Assembly: GCA_002269645.1 (NCBI GenBank)
Contig: NIVC01000852.1
Coordinates: forward strand, 149,644 to 213,643
Direction: 5' to 3'
Length of the DNA stretch: 64,000 nucleotides
Source: Macrostomum lignano
Taxonomy: Eukaryota
Part shown: piece by piece, positions 1-12,300 of the stretch
Position numbering within the stretch: position 1 is the first letter of the stretch
How the letters are laid out: the number at the start of each line of letters is the position of its first letter
The notes under the pieces: generated by a model
The model's database searches: none
Seen by the model: only the letters and a program-made list of their open reading frames with translations
Told to the model about the DNA's origin: nothing
Program-made: the position numbers and the translations under genes

Positions 1-548
1 CCAAGGGTCAGGCGATAGGGCGAATGTATATGGCAATGTACAGTGTTTTGGAATAGCTTTGTTTATTAGCCTTCTCTGCACCCCAAAAGTGGGAGGGCTA
101 CATTTAGCTATAACAGTTTAGTGAGAAATTCTAACCACTGCCCTCCCCTCTGTATTGGCAAACTCTGCAGCAGTTTAATAGTGGATGGCAAATCAAGGTA
201 ATCAGCATGGTTTGTAAAAGCGAAAGATTTATGAAAATGGCGATGCAATGCACTACAAACCCTACTAAATTAGGCACACCATGGAAATTTAAGGTTTCTC
301 TTCAAGGTACTTTAAATTTTCAAAGGCCTAAGAAATGCGTATTTCCTTGGTTGTTAGATTGATGCAGACTGCAGTGGAGCTGAAGATACACAAATTCTTT
401 TCAGAATTTCAGGGCTTGCAAATTTGTAAGAAAGATGACATGATCAAAGCATGAGAACAGCCATGAGAGTACCACGTCCCACAAACTGGCTTCCAAGCAG
501 GAATGGGCAGACTTTTACCTCAAAGGCCAGAAAAGAATCCAGCTTATG

Positions 549-1710
549 GCTGAGGGGCAGTTGAGAGTGGAGAGAAGGAATAGACTATTCGAAAAAGAGG
601 AGAGGTGAGAGAGGAATAAGATAAAATAAAAAAAGGTAATAAGAGAGATGAGGAAGTGAGGACGATGAGAGGAGAGAGTAGAGTAGCGAGTAGAGAGGAG
701 AGAGTAGATGAGCGAGTAGAGAGGAGAGAGTAGAGGAGCAAGTAGAGAGGAGAGAGTAGAGGAGCGAGTAGAGAGGAGAGTAGAGGAGTGAGTAGAGAGG
801 AGAGAGTAGAGGGGTGAGTAGAAGAGCGAGTAGAGGAGAGAGCAGAGAGTAGAGTAGCGAGTGGAGAGGAGAGAGTAGAGAGGAGCGAGTAGAGGAGAGA
901 GTAGAGAGCTGTAGATGAGAGGAGAGCAGAGAGGAGTTAGTAAAGGGAGAAAGTAGAGATGAGAGAGGTGTAAAGAGAGATGAGAAATGAGAGATAAGAG
1001 ATAAAGGAGGGGAGTGGAGAGAGAAGAGACGAGACAAGAGAGGGAGAGAGTATATAGAAGAGGGAAGAGAAGAGAAGAAAGGAGAAAGGAAAGTGAGGAG
1101 ACAAAAGAGGGGAAAGAAAAGAGTACAGAGGACAGAATGAGAGAACATATAAGACAATAAAGATGACAGATGAGAGGGGGGATGAGCTGAGAGCAGAGAC
1201 AAAAATGAACAAATGACAGATGGAAGAGTAAAGAGAACAGAGGAGAGATAAGAGAGAAGAGATTACAGAGACGAGAGGAGAGACAAAGGGAGAGAGAAGT
1301 GAGTGAGGCGAGAGGAGAGAAAAGAGGAGAATGGAGGGGAGAGAGTAGAGAGGAAAAGAAAGATAGGAGAGGAGAGATAAGAGAGAAGGGGGAAGCAGAG
1401 AGAGGGGGGGCAGAGAGAGAGGGGGAAGCAGAGAGAGAGATGAGGGAAGCAGAGAGAGAGGGGGAAGCAGAGAGAGAAATGAAAAGAGATAAAAGAGAAG
1501 AGAAAGGAGAGATCAGAGAGCAAATAAAGATGAGAGAGAAGAGAGGTGAAGGAAAAGTTGAGAGAAGAGTGGGAGGAAGGGAAAGAGAAGAGAAATGAGG
1601 GAAGATACAAGAGAAGAGGGGAGAGAGGAAAGAGGAAAAAGAGAAGAGAGGAGAGGAGAGAGAGTAGAGAGGAGAGACGAGGGATGAGAGAGAAGAGAGG
1701 AAACAGAAGA
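549..1710. repeat. GA-rich polypurine low-complexity tract
   Basis: gagagtaga/gaggaga motifs; almost no C or T on the + strand. Confidence 0.9.
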
Positions 1711-3618
1711 GAAGATAGAACTTTCAAAGGATCCAAGGGACATAGGGAGAGTCAGAGACAGAGGCCAGAGTTTGCCGATACATGTTCTAGAGTCAGACGG
1801 ACATTAACTGCCTATTTAAAGTAAAAAGCACCCCAGCCAACAATAATCAATGTTTGCCTCAAATTCTAATTTTTACAGGAATGTGCTCCACTTTATATCT
1901 ACCTCTATCCTACTAACTATTAACAAGTTTTTGTTTGGGTATGGCCTCTGATTTCAGAATACATGGAAAAATAGTTCCGGGATTGGAATTCCCTGGGTTC
2001 AAAATCCGCGGGTTTCAATAGCTTGTTTTATAATAAGATTCTGAGGTTACGGTGTTATACCAACAATTGTTAATATTAACTTTGGTGTGAAGGTTGGAGT
2101 TGGCATATGCTGCTTGGCGTATTTATGCCATAGCGTCATGCCAAAAGGTATACTAAATATATTTTGCCTTATTTTTTATGCCAAAAGGTATGCCAAATAT
2201 ATTTTGCCTCATTTTTACACCAATTGTACACCAAAAAAAGTAAAATTTTCAATTGTATGCCAGAAATTTCCAGCGTAATGTACATCATCCTGACTATGGT
2301 ATTCTAATCATTAAGAATTAATATTCAAATTAACAAAAATAGCTATAAATTTAAATTATACAGGGGTCCCATATTGCTGCCCTCCACCCAGTCAAAAACT
2401 TATAGGCAGTAAGTCAACGCATACAAAGAAAAATAGGCAGCAAAATCGCACCTAATATATAGCTATAGGATAAAACAGGTACAACTTATTAAATTAATAG
2501 TAAGCCTAATGTGCAAATTTGAAGGAAAGGGTCTAATTTGCTATATTGCCCTTTTGCCCCACTTTTGAAACTTAAATAAATACCAGAAAATTATAGCATA
2601 TAATGGACCTGAAAAATGGTTGGCATAAAGTATTTAGTATACAAAACAATCCATTATAAAATTATGCCATAGAGCTGGTATATGGTATAGCTATTATTGG
2701 CATACAATAGACCAAAAAATGTTGGAATGCAAGAAAGGGTCTTATATTGTTTCAATACAAAAAGGTCTTTAACTATTGCAACACAAAAAAGGTCTTTATT
2801 TGTCAAAAAGCAAAGAAGGTTAAATTGCTGTTACAACACTTTTTTGATAATGTCCAGTATATAGATCACAAGTAAATTTGTTTTTTTTTCTGGTATAAAT
2901 TTAAATTTATAGTGTAGGGCAATGGTTCTCAACATATGGGTTGCAACTTCCAATGGAGTCGCGTGACTATTTTCTAAGGTTTGTAGCACTAAGAAATGTG
3001 TGAATATGTCATATTTAATTATGCATTATACTAATTTTAAAAGGGGTTATAGTGTCAGTATGTCATATTTAATTATGCAATATTATAAAAAGGGTCACAA
3101 ACATTAGAAAATGATGCAAATGAAAGTGGAGTAAACTGCTGCTATGCATATAAGCTCTGTTTATGTAAATGTTTATAATAGAATATATTTTAATTTAGCA
3201 ATAAACAAATTTAATGATAAAAATGTAATATAAACAAATTTGGAAAAAGCAAATTTGGCAATAATCTAAATAAATTTAGCAATAAGTCTTTTATATAGCT
3301 TAAGTTAAAACAAATTATATATAAAGGTTTTTTAAATACTTGTGAAAAGTCTATATTCTCTAAAATTTTGCTTTGCATTTCTGTCCAATTTCTTAAAGCC
3401 ATTTCTTAAAGTCTAGATAGACTCAATGACAAGTCAAATGCCTATTATCTTATTTGATTGTTAGTTCAACAGTCCTTTGCTATGTGTAATCAATGTATAT
3501 CATACCTAAGTGACTAATCAATTTACCTATTCAGTGATTTTATTTTACTAAATTAAAGCCCTTATAACCTTTGGTAGAAAAATACATTCAATCAAAATAA
3601 ATTAGGTAGTCCCACATC

Positions 3619-3985
3619 TTTTTTTATTTTTAATTAGAGGCAGGGGGGTTGTGTGCACCCTGGTGCACTTTAAGCAACATAGGCACACAACCGGTGAGAG
3701 GCATTACTGCCCATTCCGCTGACTCCCTTGAGCACGTATACAAGCGTGCGGATACGTACACAGGCACACACTCACACAGGAGTGTACAGCAGCCCTAACT
3801 TTATATTATCATTAGGCATGTACACTTCACTGCGCCTTGGGGGTTGGCTCTCAAGGCCGTTGATTGCACGAGCAGAGCCAAGCCGAGATTCCAATTCAGC
3901 CCCACATTAATGTGACTGCACTTGGAATCAAGCCTGGGTCGCTGGCACACCAGAGCAGCTGCGCTACCACTGGGCTACGGCCCCC
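3619..3985 (-). mobile_element. tRNA-derived SINE (family A)
   Basis: Minus-strand head GGGGCCGTAGCCCAGTGGTAGCGC...CCCAGGCTTGATTCC has an A-box and a degenerate B-box. The body is GC-richer than its AT-rich flanks, and an A-rich tail lies at ~3619-3632. Only one copy is in the window. Confidence 0.6.
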
Positions 3986-4148
3986 CTATCCGACATCTTG
4001 AAAAATGAATTAATATTTCTTCAAAAGCATAAATGAAAAGCATTGTTTAGATAAAACAAACTCAATTAAAAGGGAAAGCTAGATTTGACTAATACTAATG
4101 TATCAAAATAATTAGTAGCATTATGAGCTATACACATTTTTTTCTTTA

Positions 4149-4481
4149 TTGTTGCCAATTTTGACTAGGGGCCTAGATTGTTGCCAAATTTGACTAGGGG
4201 CCTAGATTGTTGCCAAATTTGACTAGGGGCCTAGATTGTTGCCAAATTTGACTAGGGGCCTAGATTGTTGCCAAATTTGACTAGGGGCCTAGATTGTTGC
4301 CAAATTTGACTAGGGCCTAGATTGTTGCCAAATTTGACTAGGGGCCTAGATTGTTGCCAAATTTGACTAGGGGCCTAGATTGTTACCAAATTTGACTAGG
4401 GGCCTAGATTGTTGCCAAATTTGACTAGGGGCCTAGATTGTTGCCAAATTTGACTAGGGGCCTAGATTGTTGCCAAATTTG
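4149..4481. repeat. 29-bp minisatellite, ~11 copies
   Basis: ttgttgccaaatttgactaggggcctaga. Confidence 0.95.
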
Positions 4482-5620
4482 TCCATAGTAAAACTCTTGT
4501 CAAATGTATTTGTTGTTAAATTGGTGAGCACCTATATAATATAGGACATGGATAGGGAAACAAGATCTTTATTTTAATGTTTTATATTTTAACAATTTAC
4601 ATTTTAACATTTCAATGTTATTTGTTTTTTAGTTCATTTTTTATTTATTCTCTTTGTCTATTATTGACTTTTGGCATATTAACTGCTACCAATATGATGC
4701 ATGACATATGAGCAATGCCTTATTGGGTGATCTTTATTTACCTAATTATAAATTCCATAATTCTTTTTTCATTCCTTTTTCAAAATCCTATCTCAAGTCA
4801 TTAGATATTAGCCTTGGTAAATATAATTGAACATGAGCCAAAGAAATTTATTATAATAATAGTTGTATCTTGGTTGGCTATACTAATTCAGTAGCATGCT
4901 TGGGTGCAACCTTGGGATTCACTTGGCCATTTCTATTGGCAACACACACACACACACACATATATAAGTTGCTATTGGATAGAATAGTAGTCACGTGCCA
5001 ATAGAAACTCTGAGTGATTCTCAAGGTTGCGCATGTATATTCAGTAGTATCATACATGTGCAATACCCAGCAAGCTGGCCAATCTAGCCAGCTGGCAAGG
5101 GGCCTAGCCAAGGTAAGTTGCAAAAATGTTTACCCAAAAATAGACTTAATAGACTAAATATTGAATTAATAAATTTGCTAAACAAAAACTTTATGAATGA
5201 ATGGACCTATTGTGATAGAACCAAGGGTAAGTTTTAATCATAGAATTAAACTATATTTTTATTGTATTGAAAAATGAATAATGAATAAACACTTCTCTAT
5301 ATGCTTTGTTTATTTCATATCACTCTATGTACTTTTTATCTTTGAAGAAAAAGTTATGTTATAAATTGAATATTCATTTACATAAAATGCTATATGCATA
5401 AAACAAAAGGTCCTTTGCAATTGGCCTTATAGATAAGAATCGTATATTAAGACTGAGGGAAAATTTTTTATGCATTAGCCCTAATAAGTGTGTATGGCTA
5501 TATGCAGAATCAAATGTAGGTACTTCAGTGATGATGCATTTCAGTTAATCTATTTAGGTAGATTATCCCTAGCTTAATGGATAAAATCCAATTGTTCACA
5601 TCATCATTAACTATTCCTAG

Positions 5621-6352
5621 TTGGTGAACCAGCACGGATTTGAGGCGGAGCGCCATCTGTACAGATGCCTGTTCTCCAGCATAGACTTCTCAGCTGCCAA
5701 CAGCGGCTCCGGCGGCTACGACCGTCACAGCGGGATCAAAGACTTTCTGCAAATCCAGCTGCTCACCCAGGAGATCAACAGCCTATTTGCTAAGCCCAAT
5801 TTTGTCACTCTAATCTGCTACGCCATCGATCATCCGTTCTCAACACAGAAGACTCTCAGGCCCAACCAGAGTCTGCTGCCGCAGATTAGCAGGACTCTGA
5901 AACTAACCCGAGCTCACGAGGTGACTTTGGGCTTAGCCCTGCTGTTCTCACTGCGTCAGGAGACTCGCGATGCTGCTCAAACCTGGCTACAGGCTAAACT
6001 GCCCGACCTGCTGAGATCCTACGTCGATGCCGACACTGGCAGTCACGACATCAGCGTCGGCGGCGGCATCGGCATTGGCACAGCCGGCCTGCAGGAGATG
6101 AGCATCGAGATGGTGCACCTCATACTGACTAAGCTGCGCGAAGAGCAGTTGGCTACAAAACGATTCGGCGCCAGCCCGGAACTTGTTGAAGCATTTCTAC
6201 GCGTGTTGCGTAAAGATTTCCCTAAGCAGCGAGTGCCCGTAGTACTGGCGCCGCTGCTCTACTCGGAGGCCGAAGATCTGCCCGTGTCTAAAACATTTAG
6301 AGAGCCGAGCTCGCTGCAACAGATGGTTGTTAGCTCGAATTCCGCTTTGCAG
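5621..6352 (+). CDS. CNOT1: CNOT1 exon (N-terminal HEAT)
   Basis: ttcctag|TTG ... CAG|gtgtgt; phase 0-0; [18 protein letters not shown]...NSALQ. Confidence 0.9.
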
Positions 6353-9300
6353 GTGTGTGCGCGCGTGTTTACCTTTAGGGGGTGGGGGTAGAGAAATCAC
6401 TAATCCAGACTAGGCTTTTACAAGAAGGCCCAGAACACAAAAGTCTGGAGTGCCAACTCTTCCCCAAACCGCCTATTGTCAGAGAACTCAAGGACCACTA
6501 TAGTATAACAGGACATGAAACTCAAAGATCGTGTAAATTTTTAGGAGGCCGATTTCCTGGAAAACAATACACTTGTGTAGATAGGCAATAATCTTTTTTC
6601 ATAAAAAACCAATTATTGCAATTGATCTTATTCAGTGAAGATTACCACAGTATATATTTTCCAGGCAATAGGCCTCCAAAAGTACATTATATTTGAGTTT
6701 TATGTCCTGTTATACTACAACTGTGAGCTGTCTGCAGAGCCTTCAGTCTTGCTCGCAAAAGGTAGATTTTTAACAAATTTATAATGAATAATTAGTTCAC
6801 ACATCTCAGCCTACTGATGTCTAAAAATGGAGTTGCTTGGCAAAGGCTTGGCTCTTCAGGCTCTGCTTCTTGGCCTCCTTGGCTTTAATCACAGCTCTTT
6901 TCACCATACTGTGCCGCACCCTTTGTTACTGAAGATAGATCCACCTGCTTTGAAGCTAATAAAGGGGGCCGGGCAAAGATTGAAATGTTATTCGATATCT
7001 AGCGAGCAAAAATAGAATTGAACACGTGTTTTTTTAAACTTGATATTCGCTTGCTTAGTTGTGTTGTTTTATGGCTATCTTTTTTCCCTGCTCGATGTTA
7101 AGTAGCTACTCACAAGTAGTAAGCATAGTATACTGCATTTTATGTTCCATATTTTCTATAATTCATATTTCATTTGAAAAATCAATAGTTTTATAGTAAT
7201 TGAGATTCTTAGGTTTTCAAGGCTTCTATTATATAGGTTGTTTGACTACCAGCGACATTTGACTACCAGTGACATTTGACTGTCAGAGACATTTGACTGT
7301 CAGAGACATTTGACTGTCAGAGACATTTGACGACCAGTGACATTTGACTACCAGTGAAATTTGACTGTCAGAGACATTTGACTGTCACAGACATTTAACT
7401 ACCAGTGACATTTGACTAGCAGTGACATTTAACTACCAGTGACATTTGACTAGCAGTGACATTTGACTACCAGTGACATTTGACTACCAGTGACATTTGA
7501 CTACCAGTGAAATTTGACTGTCAGAGACATTTGACTGTCAGAGACATTTGACGACCAGTGACATTTGACTACCAGTGAAATTTGACTGTCAGAGACATTT
7601 GACTGTCAGAGACATTTGACTGTCAGAGACATTTGACTGTCAGAGACATTTGACTGTCAGAGACATTTGACTGTCAGAGACATTTAACTACCAGTGACAT
7701 TTGACGACCAGTGACATTTGACTACCAGTGACATTTGACTACCAGTGACATTTGACTACCAGTGACATTTGACTACCAGTGTGACATTTGACTGTCAGTG
7801 ACATTTGACTGTCAGAGACATTTGACTGTCAGAGACATTTAACTACCAGTGACATTTGACGACCAGTGACATTTGACTACCAGTGACATTTGACTACCAG
7901 TGACATTTGACTACCAGTGACATTTGACTACCAGTGACATTTGACTGTCAGAGACATTTGACTGTCAGTGACATTTGACTACCAGTGAAATTTGACTGTC
8001 AGAGACATTTGACTGTCACAGACATTTAACTACCAGTGACATTTGACTACCAGTGACATTTGACTACCAGTGACATCTGCTACCAGTGACATTTGACTAC
8101 CAGTGACATTTGACTACTAGTGACATTTGACTACCAGTGACATTTGACTACCAGTGACATTTGACTACCAGTGACATTTGACTGTCAGTGACATTTGACT
8201 ACCAGTGACATTTGACTGTCAGTGACATTTGACTACCAGTGACATTTGACTACCAGTGACATTTGACTGTCAGTGACATTTGACTGTCAGAGACATTTGA
8301 CTACCAGTGATATTTGACTGTCAGAGACATTTGACTGTCAGAGACATTTGACTGTCAGAGACATTTGACTACCAGTGACATTTGACTACCAGTGACATTT
8401 GACTGTCAGTGACATTTGACTACCAGTGACATTTGACTACCAGTGAAATTTGACTGTCAGGGACATTTGACTGTCACAGACATTTAACTACCAGTGACAT
8501 TTGACTACCAGTGACATTTGACTACCAGTGACATCTGCTACCAGTGACATTTGACTACCAGTGACATTTGACTACCAGTGACATTTGACTACCAGTGACA
8601 TTTGACTACCAGTGACATCTGCTACCAGTGACATTTGACTACCAGTGACATTTGACTGTCAGTGACATTTGACTACCAGTGACATTTGACTGTCAGTGAC
8701 ATTTGACTGTCAGAGACATTTGACTACCAGTGATATTTGACTGTCAGAGACATTTGACTGTCAGAGACATTTAACTACCAGTGACATTTGACTACCAGAG
8801 ACATTTGACTACCAGTGACATTTGACTACCAGTGACATTTGACTGTCAGAGACATTTGACTACCAGTGACATTTGACTGTCAGAGACATTTGACTGTCAG
8901 AGACATTTAACTACCAGTGACATTTGACTACCAGTGCCATTTGACTGTCAGAGACATTTGACTGTCAGAGACATTTGACTGTCAGAGACATTTAACTAAC
9001 AGTGACATTTGACTACCAGTGCCATTTGACTGTCAGAGACATTTGACTGTCAGTGACATTTGACTACCAGTGAAATTTGACTGTCAGAGACATTTGACTG
9101 TCACAGACATTTGACTACCAGTGACATTTGACTACCAGTGACATCTGCTACCAGTGACATTTGACTACCAGTGACATTTGACTACTAGTGACATTTGACT
9201 ACCAGTGACATTTGACTACCAGTGACATTTGACTACCAGTGACATTTGACTGTCAGTGACATTTGACTGTCAGTGACATTTGACTGTCAGAGACATTTGA

Positions 9301-12300
9301 ATATCAGTGACATTTGACTGTCATTGACATTTGACTGGTATAAATTGACTGCCAATCCAGCCTAACACTAAGTGTTTCTATCACCCTTGGCCTAAATCGC
9401 CGGCAGTCAAACATCAGTATCCCAGCAAGATCTCAAATCCCAATCAATCCAGTTTTTGTTTTCCCTCCATCCATAGAATGCCAGTCAGAGTGACTGGGCT
9501 CTGGCGGAACTCCTAGAAGAACTGGGCTACTCCTGCATAGCAACTGCAGACTCTGCCAGACTCATCATCTCCGAGTTCGGTGTTCGAGAGCTTAGTCCGA
9601 GCGTTGTAGCTCGCTGCATTTCAATGTTTTTGCGCTCTTGCGACGGTCAGCTGATCGATCGGCAGATCGGCCTTCACGGGCCCGGCCTGGCTGCCGATGT
9701 GCCTGCCGCCAGCGCTTGGTGTGTTGAAAATTTCTTAACGGCTGTACGCGAACTGTGCCCCGGTTTGCAGTTTCGCAGCGTTGTTGCCGAACTTGATCAC
9801 GACGGATTCGAGGTGAAATCGCCGCGGGCCTTTGAACTGCTCAGGGTCTGTCTGATGAAGGGATTTCAGGTAGGGATGATGGGTTGTTTTCATTTGCCTT
9901 TGGGAGATCCTCAGTTGCTGGGGCCACTGCTCCCCTCCAAATCCTCAGGCTATGATACCAGCCTCCCAAGATCCTCAGACTGTGATACCATCCTCCCAGA
10001 TCTTCAGACTGTGATACCAGCCTCCCAAGATCCTCAGACTGTGATACCAGCCTCCCAAGATCCTCAGGCTGTGATATCAGTCTCCCAAGATCCTCAGACT
10101 GTGATACCAGCCTCCCAAGATCCTCAGACTGTGATACCAGTCTCCCAAGATCCTCAGACTGTGATACCAGTCTCCCAAGATCCTCAGACTGTGATACCAG
10201 CCTCCCAAGATCCTCAGGCTGTGATACCAGTCTCCCAAGATCCTCAGACTGTGATACCAGTCTCCCAAGATCCTCAGACTGTGATACCAGCCTCCCAGAT
10301 CCCCAGTCTATGATACCATATCCTCATACTGTGATACCAGCCTCTCAGATCCTCAGACCCAAATACTCAAGACTGTCCCCAGATAACCCGAGTTTAAACG
10401 ATGCCTTATTAAACCATTGTTTTAGCATAATATGGTTTAGCAGACCAGAACATCAGTGCTGCACTCCCACTCGCCCAAATCCCAGGGCCCGACCAGCGAC
10501 CTGCCCATAGAGATATTCTACCGGCCTTGGCGCAACGCCCAGGGCCAGCTTTCGTTTCTGCGCCACTGCCTGCTCTATCCCGAAATTCTCTGCCTCGGCT
10601 ATTGGCGCTTCCGCCAATCGGAATTGGGCCGGCTGAAGCTCAACGCATCGCTGGGTGCAGCTGGGGCTGATGACGAAGCAAGAGGCGCCCAGATGTGGCG
10701 CAATCTGGACCTGATCGACGCTCTGCTGTGCCTGTCCGAAAAGGTACTTTAGCGATTAACCTTCTACTGGCATCACTATAAAACCATCTCCTCACGCAAT
10801 AAGCTCCCCCAATGTCCACTCATCCCAGGGATTCTATACCGAAGTTCGCGAGCTGCTCGACCAGCCAATCAAAGCCTGTCCCGAGCTGCTTATGCTTTCT
10901 CTGCTACAATCGCACGACTCAACTCCAACCGGTATGGGCATACTCAAACAGGAACTACTCCAGCTGCTCACCTGTCTGTTGCTTAGCAACAGTCAGAACG
11001 TACACTCGGTGCTGGGCCATGCCTGGAATTACCCTCCTGTAAGGCCTGTACTGCTGGCGGCCCTAGCTGATTGGACAGTGCACAACGGTAGCCAAGATAG
11101 CGACGACAAATTGGAATTGATTCGGGTTGCTAAAGCTTTAGAATTGATAGTTAATTATCTGCAAAGCAGCAATATGGAGGGTCTGGCTATGGCTTTGAAA
11201 TCGTCGAATTATTTGTTCGCTTTGAGCATGGCCTGTTTTGCGGCTAAGCGGGACTTTCTAAATTTGGAAGTCTGGATTAACGAACGCTTGGGGGAATGCG
11301 GCGACGGATTCGTTCAAGCGGCCGTGAAGTTTTTGACTACTCGAGCGGCCTCGCTGGTTGCTGGGGAGGAGGCGCCATTAGAGGTGCTCCAGAAGCCTGT
11401 AGCTCAGGTGAATGATTTTTTCATTGTTGTTATTAAAGTATTGTTTATGAGCACAAATTATGAATTGAAAATCGCTGAAATAAGACAGTAAATAAGCAAC
11501 CGAAAATGTCCTTCAACACACTAAACAATCCCAAAGAATCTCATAAACACCCTGAAGAATCTCCCATAAACATCCTAAATTATCTCTTATAAACACATCA
11601 AACAATCTCATAAACATATAAGAAGAATCTCCCGTATAAACACACTAAATAATCTCCCTATAAGCACACTAAAGAATCTCCCATAAACACTCTAAAGAAT
11701 CTCCTATAAACACACTAAAGAATCTCCCATAAACACACTAAAGAATCTCCTATAAACACACTAAAGAATCTCCCATAAACACACTAAAGAATCTCCTATA
11801 AACACTCTAAAGAATCTCCTATAAACACACTAAAGAATCTCCCATAAACACACTAAAGAATCTCCTATAAACACACTAAAGAATCTCCCATAAACACACT
11901 AAAGAATCTCCCATAAACACACTAAAGAATCTCCCATAAACACACTAAAGAATCTCCCATAAACACACTAAAGAATCTCCCATAAACACACTAAAGAATC
12001 TCCCATAAACACACTAAAGAATCTCCCAAAAACACACTAAAGAATCTCCCATAAACACTCTAAAGAATCTCCTATAAACACACTGAAGAATCTCCTATAA
12101 ACACACTAAAGAATCTCCCATAAGCACACTAAAGAATCTCCCATACACATACTAAAGAATCTTCCATAAACACTCTAAAGAATCTCTTATAAACACTCTA
12201 AAGAATCTCCCATAAACACTAAAGAATCTTCCATAAACACTCTAAAGAATCTCCCATAAACACTCTAACGAATCTTCTATAAACACACTAAAGAATCTCC

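Noticed and set aside
362-455. Short ORF MQTAVELKIHKFFSEF... as the missing first CNOT1 exon
   Set aside because: It shows no similarity to the CNOT1 N-terminus and its donor is phase 1, while the 5621 acceptor needs phase 0. The true first exon probably lies upstream of the window.
544-1824. Cluster of Leu/Ser-rich and Glu/Arg-rich ORFs
   Set aside because: They are translations of a GA-rich low-complexity tract that lacks stops on one strand, with no domain signal.
2087-2720. Scattered ATGCCAAAA / TTGGCAT motifs suggesting a decayed MITE
   Set aside because: Too degenerate to define terminal inverted repeats or a target-site duplication by eye.
9870-10313. Read-through of a CNOT1 exon into ([10 protein letters not shown])n
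   Set aside because: A GT donor at 9870 and an in-phase acceptor at 10485 restore CNOT1 homology. The extension is an intronic 30-bp array ending in a premature stop.
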